This document shows positions 56,504-64,000 of a stretch of 64,000 nucleotides of DNA, piece by piece. This DNA comes from an uncultured virus (IMG/VR IMGVR_UViG_3300025033_000013) (Duplodnaviria; Heunggongvirae; Uroviricota; Caudoviricetes): IMG/VR virus record IMGVR_UViG_3300025033_000013. One strand, given 5' to 3'. Below the pieces are notes generated by a model. It ran no database searches and had not been told where the DNA came from. It saw nothing but the letters and a program-made list of their open reading frames with translations. A program made the position numbers and the translations under genes. Numbering within the stretch: the first letter of the stretch is position 1; every line of letters starts with the position of its first letter.

Positions 56504-57676
56504 GTGAACTACCCACCCACGGCAGAGCCGATGGGATGGGCTTCATGAGTCAGCACTCTCACTAATGTGGGCAGTTCATCATGATTTTTAAGAGTGTGTT
56601 CCCCACTCAAAATATTTTTTAATGCAAATAATTTAATATTTATGGCAGCGTTTACATCTCTATCAAGAACAGAATTACACTTTTGGCAAGTCCAAGACCT
56701 ATCTTTTAGTGTCAGTTCTTTATTTATGTATCCACAACAGTTGCAAGTCTTGGATGATGGTGCAAAACGTCCTATACGTAGAATGTTTTTACCATACCAT
56801 TCAGCCTTGTATTCCAACATAGTTACAAAAGTTGACCAGCTTACATCATTTATTGCTTGTGCTAAATTGTGGTTTTTGACCATATTACTTACTGCCAAAT
56901 CCTCTAAACAAATTGTTTGGTTCTCACGAATTAATTTAGTGGATGTTTTATGCAGAAAATCTTTACGTTTGTTTACTACTTTTTCGTGTAGTAAGGCAAG
57001 ACGGTGTTTAGTGTGTTTACCTTTGTTTTTTGAATATTTACGTTGTACATATTTTAGTTTACTTTGTGCTTTTCGTAAGTTCTTTGGATTTTCAAATACT
57101 TCACCATCAGATGTAATTGCAAAATCTTTAATACCCAAGTCAATGTTGTGTTTTCTTTAATAGGTGCTTTAATAGGCATTTCAGTATTAGTATCAACCAA
57201 TACTGAAACAAAATATTTACCTGTTGGGGTAACACTTATGGTAGCACTTTTAATTGTTCCTTTAATTTCTCTATGCAAAACTATATTAATTCCTTCTTTG
57301 AATTTAGGAATAATCAAAAGGTCATTTTCAACTATTACGTTTTGTGGAATTGAAAAAGATTGTTTTCCTTTATGTTTAGATTTGAATTTTGGAAAACCTG
57401 CACCTTTAAAGAATTTCTTAAATGCAATATCCATATTTTGTATAGATTGTTGTAATGATTGGCTGTTGACTTCTTTTAACCACTCACATTCTTTTTTAAG
57501 TTCTGGTAGTTGTTTGATTAAGTCAAAAGGAGAAAAATTATGTTTAGAACCTAAATACGCTGTATTTTTGTTTCTAATGCAAGGTTATACACAAAACGAC
57601 TACTACCAATATGTTTGGCAATCAACTCTTTTTGTGAGTTTGTTGGGTATAATCTATATTTAAATCCTTTAAGCAT
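56504..57676 (-). pseudogene. tnpB: frameshifted tnpB with IS right end
   Basis: Fragments MLKGFKYRLYP..., FFKGAGFPKFKSK and GIKDFAITSDG...DRDVNAA lie in different frames; GTGAACTACCC end at 56504. Confidence 0.85.
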
Positions 57677-57776
57677 ATATTATTAAATAGTCTAAACTTT
57701 TGCAAAAATACAATATTATTTTGACAAAACCAAATATTTGTTTAAATTCACAAAATGTAAGCGACAAATGTAGTAA

Positions 57777-58181
57777 TTAACCTTGACTTAAAATATATTG
57801 ACGAATAGTATCTGGACTTGCTTCACCAATAGAGCAAACGAAATACCCTGCTGACCAAAACATACTTTTGTACCAATACTCCCTACGAAGCAATGTTGAA
57901 TGTAATTGCCAAATATGATATGTAGATTGTTGTTTTAACCTACGTACAATTTGAGATATAGACAAACGAGGTATGTACCTAATTAAGAAATGTATGTGGT
58001 CTATATCACTTTGAAATACCTCTACATTAAAATCTGAATTATCTATGATGTTGTTGAATATTACATACATATCTTCTTTAAGTTGATTAACTAATAATGG
58101 TTTACGATATTTTGTAACCAATATAATATGTGCTTTAAGATAATGTTTTGAATGGTTTGTAGAAATGTAATTTGATTGCAT
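57777..58181 (-). CDS. tnpA: IS200/IS605 Y1 transposase (second copy)
   Basis: Nearly identical to 27907..28311. Confidence 0.95.
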   Translation of the reverse strand: MQSNYISTNHSKHYLKAHIILVTKYRKPLLVNQLKEDMYVIFNNIIDNSDFNVEVFQSDIDHIHFLIRYIPRLSISQIVRRLKQQSTYHIWQLHSTLLRREYWYKSMFWSAGYFVCSIGEASPDTIRQYILSQG

Positions 58182-58327
58182 AATGTAGTATTTTGTTTAA
58201 ATTATTTACAACCAAAGACGGAATGATTTAAACAAAATACGGTATGAAATAAATTAATTTTAACCAAAGTTTGTGATTTAGATAAAAATATTGTACTTTT
58301 ACAAAAGTTTAGACTATTTAATAATAT

Positions 58328-59446
58328 ATGCTTAAAGGATACAAATACAGAATATTTCCAACAGATGACCAAAAAGACCAACTACAAAGGTATTTTGGTG
58401 TAAATAGACTTGTCTATAATTTGGGGTTGGAAACCAAGACTGTTGCGTATGCCTCAAATAAAAAATCAATATCTAAATATGATTTAATAAAACAACTTCC
58501 AGAATTGAGAAAAGAATTTGACTACATTAAAGAATGTCCAAGTCAAGTATTACAACATAGCATAATCAATTTAGATACAGCATATCAAAACTTTTTTAAG
58601 GGTAAAGGTCAATTTCCTAAATTTAAAAATAAGTATTCCAAACAGTCAATTACGTTTCCACAAGGATTTGAAATATCGTTTAAAGAGGGAATACTAAAGC
58701 TACCTAAATTAAAAGAAGTTGCTATTGATTACCACAGAGAATTTAAAGGTTTACCTAAAAGAGTTACATTAACTAAAACAGTAACTGGTAAATATTTTGT
58801 TTCAATATTGGTTGATACTCAAACCGAAAAACCAAAGAAAAAATCAATTAAAACTGAAACATCTGTTGGTATTGATTTTGGAATTAAAGATTTAGCTATT
58901 ACTTCTGATGGTGTAGTATATGAAAATAAAAACTTCTTTAAATCACAACAAAGAAGATTAAGAGTTGAACAAAGAAGCCTTGCAAGAAAACAGAAAGACT
59001 CAATAAATAGAGAAAAACAAAAATTAAAAGTAGCATTACTGCAAGAAAAAATTCGTAACCAAAGGACTGATTACTTGCACAAAATATCTACTGAATTAGT
59101 TAAATCTTATAATACAATTGTATTGGAAGATTTGTCTGTTAGTAATATGGTTAAGAACCATAATTTAGCTAAAGCAATATCTGATATGGGTTGGCGACAA
59201 TTAAGAACAATGCTTGAATATAAGACTGAATGGCAAGGTAAAAATCTTGTTGTAATTGGAAGGTTTGAACCAAGCAGTAAAGTATGTTCTAACTGTGGAA
59301 ACCACAAGAAAGATTTAAAACTTTTAGATAGAACTTATGATTGTGATAAGTGCGGTAATTCAATTGATAGAGATGTAAACGCTGCATATAACATAAAGAA
59401 TTTCGGGGTTAGGGACAACCCTTTGTACGCTAACGTGAGCCATTAG
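58328..59446 (+). CDS. tnpB: RNA-guided endonuclease TnpB
   Basis: GIDFG, LEDL, DRDVNAA and CxxC motifs; right end GTGGGTAGTTCAC ends at 59499. Confidence 0.95.
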   Translation: MLKGYKYRIFPTDDQKDQLQRYFGVNRLVYNLGLETKTVAYASNKKSISKYDLIKQLPELRKEFDYIKECPSQVLQHSIINLDTAYQNFFKGKGQFPKFKNKYSKQSITFPQGFEISFKEGILKLPKLKEVAIDYHREFKGLPKRVTLTKTVTGKYFVSILVDTQTEKPKKKSIKTETSVGIDFGIKDLAITSDGVVYENKNFFKSQQRRLRVEQRSLARKQKDSINREKQKLKVALLQEKIRNQRTDYLHKISTELVKSYNTIVLEDLSVSNMVKNHNLAKAISDMGWRQLRTMLEYKTEWQGKNLVVIGRFEPSSKVCSNCGNHKKDLKLLDRTYDCDKCGNSIDRDVNAAYNIKNFGVRDNPLYANVSH

Positions 59447-59582
59447 GCTGTGCGTTGTGCAGGAAGCCCACACATCTTTTTAGTGTGTGGGTAGTTCACC
59501 GTGGGTAGTTTCGTATAATTTTCGATAATCCTTACTCATAAATATAATATAATAAATTATATTCATAAGTAAAGAATGTTTG

Positions 59583-59620
59583 TGGAGACAAAGGAAATCG
59601 AATCCTTCTCTCGGACATTG
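59583..59620 (-). pseudogene. 3' half of split tRNA (Ala-type acceptor)
   Basis: CAA-TGTCC-GAGAG-AAGGA-TTCGATT-TCCTT-TGTCTCC-A; pairs with the 5' half at 60368-60403. Confidence 0.75.
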
Positions 59621-59693
59621 TGGACACGCTGGGATTCGAACCCAATCTTCCTCATTGCAAATGAAGAGCATTTGCCATTTATGCTAACGGCCC
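59621..59693 (-). tRNA. tRNA-Ala(TGC)
   Basis: CTTCA-TT-TGC-AA-TGAGG; G3:U70 pair; slightly irregular acceptor stem. Confidence 0.8.
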
Positions 59694-60320
59694 ATATTTA
59701 TTATCCCATTTATTAACTTTTTTTATTAAATCTTCTAGATTAATACTACTTTTACCATCTTTTTTATTATTTTCACCATGCCTCATTAATTTACAATTGG
59801 CTGGGTGACTAATATAATACGGGTCAACACCATTTTTAAATCCTTCACTAATTGAGTACATATGGTCTCTACTTATCCCATTTGGATTGTCACCCATATT
59901 TTTAGCTTTATACCAGCCATACTCTTCAATCAACCAAAAATCAAATTTATCTGGGTATGAATTAAGACTAAATTTAAATTTACAAGCTTTACGGTATTCA
60001 ATTTTATCACTCCTATCAAATGAATCTAACCATAGTTCCCTTTTAAGCTTTTTAGTTTTTAAGGCCTTGTTAATAACATCTTTAGTATGTAATTTACTCC
60101 AATTAATGTTACCAACTTTTGCTTGGGCTTTTGCTGATATTGAGAGATTCTTTCTTCTTTCAGGGTCACGATTGGCCAATAAAACTTTTTCAGATTTTTT
60201 AGCGATTTCAGATTTTTTACTTTTATCTTCTTTGGACCAAGTTCTACTATTAGCACAAGACCTAGAACAAAACTTACCCTTTTTATGGTGGTTATTACCA
60301 CACTTTGGACATTCTTTCAT
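59679..60320 (-). CDS. HNH-type homing endonuclease
   Basis: Likely start at MKECPKC; KFCSRSCAN zinc motif; RDHMYS...HPANC....H.ENNKK. Confidence 0.75.
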   Translation of the reverse strand: MKECPKCGNNHHKKGKFCSRSCANSRTWSKEDKSKKSEIAKKSEKVLLANRDPERRKNLSISAKAQAKVGNINWSKLHTKDVINKALKTKKLKRELWLDSFDRSDKIEYRKACKFKFSLNSYPDKFDFWLIEEYGWYKAKNMGDNPNGISRDHMYSISEGFKNGVDPYYISHPANCKLMRHGENNKKDGKSSINLEDLIKKVNKWDNKYGPLA

Positions 60321-60367
60321 ATTAATAAATATCACAAAATAATCGAAACGACCACATAAGTTTAGGT

Positions 60368-60403
60368 AAATGTCCAACGCCTTGCCTTGGTACATGTGCC
60401 CCC
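60368..60403 (-). pseudogene. 5' half of split tRNA (Ala-type acceptor)
   Basis: GGGGGCA...GGACA-TTT; acceptor pairs with TGTCTCC and anticodon stem GGACA pairs with TGTCC. Confidence 0.75.
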
Positions 60404-60410
60404 CATATTG

Positions 60411-60484
60411 CGGTTTTCGGAGGGCTCGAACCTCCATCTCTGTACTGACACGCACAGTATCTTTTGCCATTTAGACGATAAACC
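60411..60484 (-). tRNA. tRNA-Asp(GTC)-like with 8-nt anticodon loop
   Basis: CTGTG-CGTGTCAG-TACAG; discriminator G. Confidence 0.6.
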
Positions 60485-60496
60485 ATATTAATTTTT

Positions 60497-60562
60497 TGGA
60501 AACAATGGGACTCGAACCCATATCTTACCAATAGCTATCCTAACCAGTTAGACGATACCCCC
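60497..60562 (-). ncRNA. tRNA-like element with truncated anticodon arm (G3:U70 acceptor)
   Basis: D and T arms intact; anticodon arm reduced to about GCTATTGGT. Confidence 0.55.
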
Positions 60563-60594
60563 AAGGAAATTAATAACCTTAGTTTGCAAACTTG

Positions 60595-60666
60595 TAGCCC
60601 ATGAGAGAGTCGAACTCTCGTTTACAGGTCGAAAACCTGTCGTCCTAACCATTAGACGAATGGGCC
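60595..60666 (-). tRNA. tRNA-Glu(TTC)
   Basis: ACAGG-TT-TTC-GA-CCTGT. Confidence 0.9.
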
Positions 60667-60758
60667 ATATTTGGGTAGAATCAATGTGCACATTGTCTAC
60701 CGAGACTAGTTTCATTACCTAAGACTTCATAGATAAGAGGATTAACTATCACAATTTG

Positions 60759-60800
60759 TGGTCGGAGTTGGAATCGAACCAACGACACATGGTTCTTCAA
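60759..60800 (-). pseudogene. 3' half of split tRNA-Phe(GAA)
   Basis: TT-GAA-GA-ACCAT-GTGTC-GTTGG-TTCGATT-CCAAC-TCCGACC-A; 5' remnant GGTCGGGTAGAGCA at 61460-61473. Confidence 0.75.
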
Positions 60801-60816
60801 TAACTTTTTGGTATAG

Positions 60817-60889
60817 TGGCTTGAACTGGAATCGAACCAGTGACATATGGATTTTCAGTCCACTACTCTACCAACTGAGTTACCAAGCC
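60817..60889 (-). tRNA. tRNA-Phe(GAA)
   Basis: Canonical cloverleaf, CT-GAA-AA. Confidence 0.92.
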
Positions 60890-61381
60890 TTATAGAAAGG
60901 TTTTACCTTTATACTCTAAATTTATTTTTTCTAAAATCCCATAAGTGCTATGTTCTAATCTGTGACACAGTGCACATAATAATTCACACTTATCCAATTC
61001 TTCTTTACCCCTTTCCCAAGATTTATTAGCCAAGTTTAAACCACTTGGATTAAAATCTTTTTGATTTGGGTCTTTATGATGAAAATCAAATCCTGATACA
61101 TCACCCTCCCAACCACATCTTTTACATTCACCACCTAGATATTCAACAGCTAATTTCTTGACTCTATATCTCCTTAGATTAGTGTTACACGTACCACATA
61201 ACTTCTTTTTAGATGTCTTACCACACACTAGACAATTATTAGGTTTATTTTTATGTAATGTTATATTAAACTTATCTAAAGTTCTATAAACTGTTTTCCT
61301 ACCTATTTTTAATTCTTTTGATATAACTGTGGCTGTTTCACCAGCGTTATACATTTCTATAATCTTTTCGTCTCTACTCAT
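60890..61381 (-). CDS. HNH-type homing endonuclease with N-terminal HTH
   Basis: Likely start at MSRDEK; YLGGECKRCG, FDFHHKDP and CELLCALCHRLEH motifs. Confidence 0.85.
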   Translation of the reverse strand: MSRDEKIIEMYNAGETATVISKELKIGRKTVYRTLDKFNITLHKNKPNNCLVCGKTSKKKLCGTCNTNLRRYRVKKLAVEYLGGECKRCGWEGDVSGFDFHHKDPNQKDFNPSGLNLANKSWERGKEELDKCELLCALCHRLEHSTYGILEKINLEYKGKTFL

Positions 61382-61484
61382 ATTAATAAATATGAAGTTT
61401 TTATTAAAAGACACATTTTTTAAAAAATAAATTCTACCAAAATGTCAAATAACTTATTATGCTCTACCCGACCATTATTATTTG

Positions 61485-61558
61485 TACTGCCGACCAGATT
61501 CGAACTGGCGTCTGCAAGGTTGAAAGCCTTGTGTACTTGACCGCTATACTACGGCAGC
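61485..61558 (-). tRNA. tRNA-Glu(TTC)
   Basis: CAAGG-CT-TTC-AA-CCTTG. Confidence 0.9.
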
Positions 61559-61565
61559 AAATTTG

Positions 61566-61636
61566 TGGGAACTAAGAGAGTCGAACTCTTACCTTATGGG
61601 CTTCAACCATACGAACTACCATTATTCGAAGTCCCC
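61566..61636 (-). tRNA. tRNA-Phe(GAA)
   Basis: TATGG-TT-GAA-GC-CCATA; acceptor GGGGACT/AGTTCCC. Confidence 0.8.
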
Positions 61637-61697
61637 TTATGAACCATTTAAAAACCTCCCCGACAAGGGTTAAAACAATGATTCTTTGTTTTATTTT

Positions 61698-61787
61698 TGG
61701 CAACTACAACGGGAGTCGAACCCGCTACATGGATAAACCAAACCTGAGTGACAGTCAGGTACACCAACCGTTATGCGCTGGTACTGT
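61698..61787 (-). tRNA. tRNA-Asp(GTC) with long variable arm, weak acceptor stem
   Basis: CCTGA-CT-GTC-AC-TCAGG; encoded G-CCA. Confidence 0.6.
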
Positions 61788-62300
61788 TTGAGGGTTACAT
61801 TAACCCTCTTAATTGTTCTTTCAACTCCTGAATCTTTCTTTGTTGAAGTGGTACATTAATTTCCACAGTATTAGAGGTTTTTTTAGTTAAAGATAAAGTT
61901 AATTCATCTTCTAACATTTTGATTCTCTCAATTAATCTATTTCTCTTTTTATCAATCTTACCCATAACCATTTTCTTTTTTCCATTGGTTATGCAACCAA
62001 TTTACGTGTTCATACGCTGAACCTTTACCTTCATGAATATCATTGAATCCATTCTCTTTAGTGATTACAGATTCTTTAGGTGTTACTGAACCTCTATATT
62101 TAGTTCCATAATTACCAGTGAATTTTTTAGTTACTGGGTCGAAATCTCCCCATTTACTATAACCATCACCTATCCATTCAATATAATACTTTTTTCCTGT
62201 TTCTGGATAGAACATTATCTCTCTTCCAGTTTCATCTCGATTAAGTAGGAAATTCTTAATCACTTCTTTATTTATCCCATGATAATCAAATTTAATTTTG

Positions 62301-62373
62301 CGGATGTCACGGGGGTCGAACCCGCAATCGCTTGAGTGACAGTCAAGCATGTTACCTACAACACCTCACATCC
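62301..62373 (-). tRNA. tRNA-Asp(GTC)
   Basis: CTTGA-CT-GTC-AC-TCAAG. Confidence 0.9.
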
Positions 62374-62382
62374 GTTTATAAC

Positions 62383-62416
62383 AAAAAAAAATCTCATCCG
62401 ATTTGGATGAGATTTT
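62383..62416 (-). terminator. intrinsic terminator (attenuator) upstream of tRNA operon 2
   Basis: AAAATCTCATCC-aaatc-GGATGAGA followed by a T9 tract on the minus strand. Confidence 0.85.
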
Positions 62417-62447
62417 GTCTTATTGTTTTTATTATTTTTTAAATAAC

Positions 62448-62543
62448 TTAACTTTCATTTTTGACAATTCTCATCCTACCCAAGCTAAAATCTGCCTCGG
62501 CTGCGAAAAATTCGTTTTCAAATATGTTAATTAAGTTTCTCAT
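62448..62543 (-). CDS. putative attenuator leader peptide MRNLINIFENEFFAAEADFSLGRMRIVKNES
   Basis: 31-aa ORF between promoter and terminator; it contains the anti-terminator segment GGATGAGA. Confidence 0.75.
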   Translation of the reverse strand: MRNLINIFENEFFAAEADFSLGRMRIVKNES

Positions 62544-62574
62544 TACTTTTATTTTGTGGTACTTTATTAATACC

Positions 62575-62652
62575 GTTATTAATATATAGTGCAAATATAG
62601 TAAATGTTTCAATATAAAACAAATTTTTTTGCAATTATTTTTAAATTATTTT
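62575..62652 (-). promoter_or_regulatory. Bacteroidota-type promoter block (copy of 49727-49805)
   Basis: TATATTTG at 62592-62599. Confidence 0.8.
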
Positions 62653-62691
62653 TAAATTATTTGATTTTCAATTAATTAAAACCTTGATTTT

Positions 62692-63141
62692 TTAAATTAA
62701 TTTCAGAACTTTACCTAATTCAATGCTAAGTATTTCAGAATCATCAAATGCCACATAAGAAAAACCTTTTTCTTTAACCCTATCCATCATAACACTACCA
62801 GTGTCATATGGTACACCTAAAGCGTGACATAACTCTCTATATAGCCTTGCTTTTAATATTAATCTATCTAAACGAACTTTGGGGTCCAATAAGATTAATT
62901 TGTTATTCAAATCAATTTCAGATAAACCTTCAATTTGCTTATCCTCTTTTGCTATTAGTATATAACTAACTTTACTTAATAATTGTTCTTGAATATCGTA
63001 GCCATTTTGGGCGGCTTCGTCAACGAATTCCTCAAGATATTGAACAATAAGTGAATCGTTCATAATTACTGACCCATTGGTTTGTCCAAAACTAAAGGTT
63101 AATGTCAACATTAATAATACAAGTAGGGCTGTTTTTTTCAT
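62692..63141 (-). CDS. secreted hypothetical protein, degenerate zincin-like motif
   Basis: Signal peptide; RELCHALG in place of HExxH. Confidence 0.5.
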   Translation of the reverse strand: MKKTALLVLLMLTLTFSFGQTNGSVIMNDSLIVQYLEEFVDEAAQNGYDIQEQLLSKVSYILIAKEDKQIEGLSEIDLNNKLILLDPKVRLDRLILKARLYRELCHALGVPYDTGSVMMDRVKEKGFSYVAFDDSEILSIELGKVLKLI

Positions 63142-63943
63142 GTTTTTCTAATTTTAATTCGGCTAATTTATGAATTCTTTTTTAGATAGCCTAATTTTTT
63201 CCATTTTTTTTTCAAAATGCTTATTCTATTTATACCTATTTCGTTGATATGATTGTTTTCATCGACATAATCAGGGTATTGTTCAGCATAAAACTTTTTA
63301 ACATCTTGAGATTTGTTGATTAAAATTTCAGCATTCTCAATCATTTTATTCAAAGCATTTAATTTATCTAATAATTCTTCATCATAAGTTTTTAACAACT
63401 CCTTCCTTAGATTTTCTCTAATTGGGTAGATATTTTTTAATGCTTCAACTAATTCTTCGTTTAAATTTTCATTTAGATTCATATAAATAATTTTACCATC
63501 TCTTGTTCTAAAATTGATAACCTATGTCTTAAATGATTAAGTTTATTATCGTATTCTTCGGATGTTGTGTTAATACCAGCATTTGCTGATTGTAATTTTG
63601 ATATCTCCCTTTGGATAACATCACTTTCTCTTGTTAAGCTTTCAAATCTTTCAGCTTTTTCTGTTTGTGTCATAATATTAATTATTTTATATACCTAATA
63701 TATTCAATAAATAGTATTAATCAATAGTTTAGCTAAAATAATTGTTATTATTTTAGCTACAAAACTTATTCGACTAAATACCAGTATTATAGATTATGTA
63801 TTATTTTATGAATATCTCTAGGGGATACCAATGTGCATTATTTGGTAATTTCTTCAATACGTTTTTTTGGTATATCATAGTGATTCTTATGGAATCAACA
63901 TCGTTTGATGTTTAAATCTTTGGCCATTGCGTGTAGATTTTCA

Positions 63944-63990
63944 GTGAACTACCCATTAGCTAAAGACCAATGGGTTTTACGCTCCAAAAT
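63944..63990 (-). mobile_element. 47-bp IS200/IS605 mini element (both ends fused on one hairpin)
   Basis: GTGAACTACCCATTAGCTAAAGACCAATGGGTTTTACGCTCC next to a TTTAT target. Confidence 0.75.
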
Positions 63991-64000
63991 ATAAATATGT

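Noticed and set aside
59583..59620. tmRNA 3' end
   Set aside because: It pairs fully with a tRNA 5' half at 60368-60403, including the anticodon stem, and I found no tag reading frame.
60321..60470. N-terminal extension of ORF 59679..60470
   Set aside because: It overlaps tRNA sequences; the start at 60320 (MKECPKC) follows a TATTTAT motif.
853..61029. Most plus-strand ORFs in the track (e.g. 938..1210, 11150..11545, 25962..26267, 56594..57160, 59887..60342)
   Set aside because: They are antisense shadows of minus-strand genes, tRNAs or MITEs. Only the two tnpB genes, the tnpA remnant and 46450..46798 look real.
1..64000. Integron integrase or reverse transcriptase for the array
   Set aside because: No ORF with tyrosine-recombinase R-H-R-Y or RT YxDD motifs is visible in this window.
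1..64000. Alternative genetic code (stop reassignment) as in some large phages
   Set aside because: Conserved genes are full length under code 11 and no suppressor tRNA was found.

Overview
AT-rich window that is most consistent with a large (jumbo) phage of a Bacteroidota host. The evidence is near-uniform minus-strand coding, TAnnTTTG (-7) promoter elements, two sigma-70 factors, tRNA clusters, an RNase P RNA, homing endonucleases and NAD/RNA-repair genes; no virion genes lie in the window, so the phage call is an inference. (1) Bases 1 to ~27,000 are an integron-like cassette array. I counted about 54 attC-like hairpin sites (AAC...CGTT) separating small genes that all face opposite to the usual integron orientation. 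The array shows the cassette-shuffling signature, empty cassettes, genes inside the hairpin loops, reused frames with swapped cargo, and a candidate ncRNA cassette; no integrase is in the window. (2) Bases ~27,000-64,000 hold phage accessory genes, IS200/IS605 (TnpA/TnpB) elements with their MITEs, and two tRNA operons. Each tRNA operon is preceded by a leader-peptide/terminator attenuator whose codons match the amino acids of that operon's tRNAs (Y/T/K/Q/P/G and F/E/A/D). Two tRNA genes are split by an HNH gene that brings a replacement tRNA of the same isotype. All coordinates were read by eye and may be off by a few bases.
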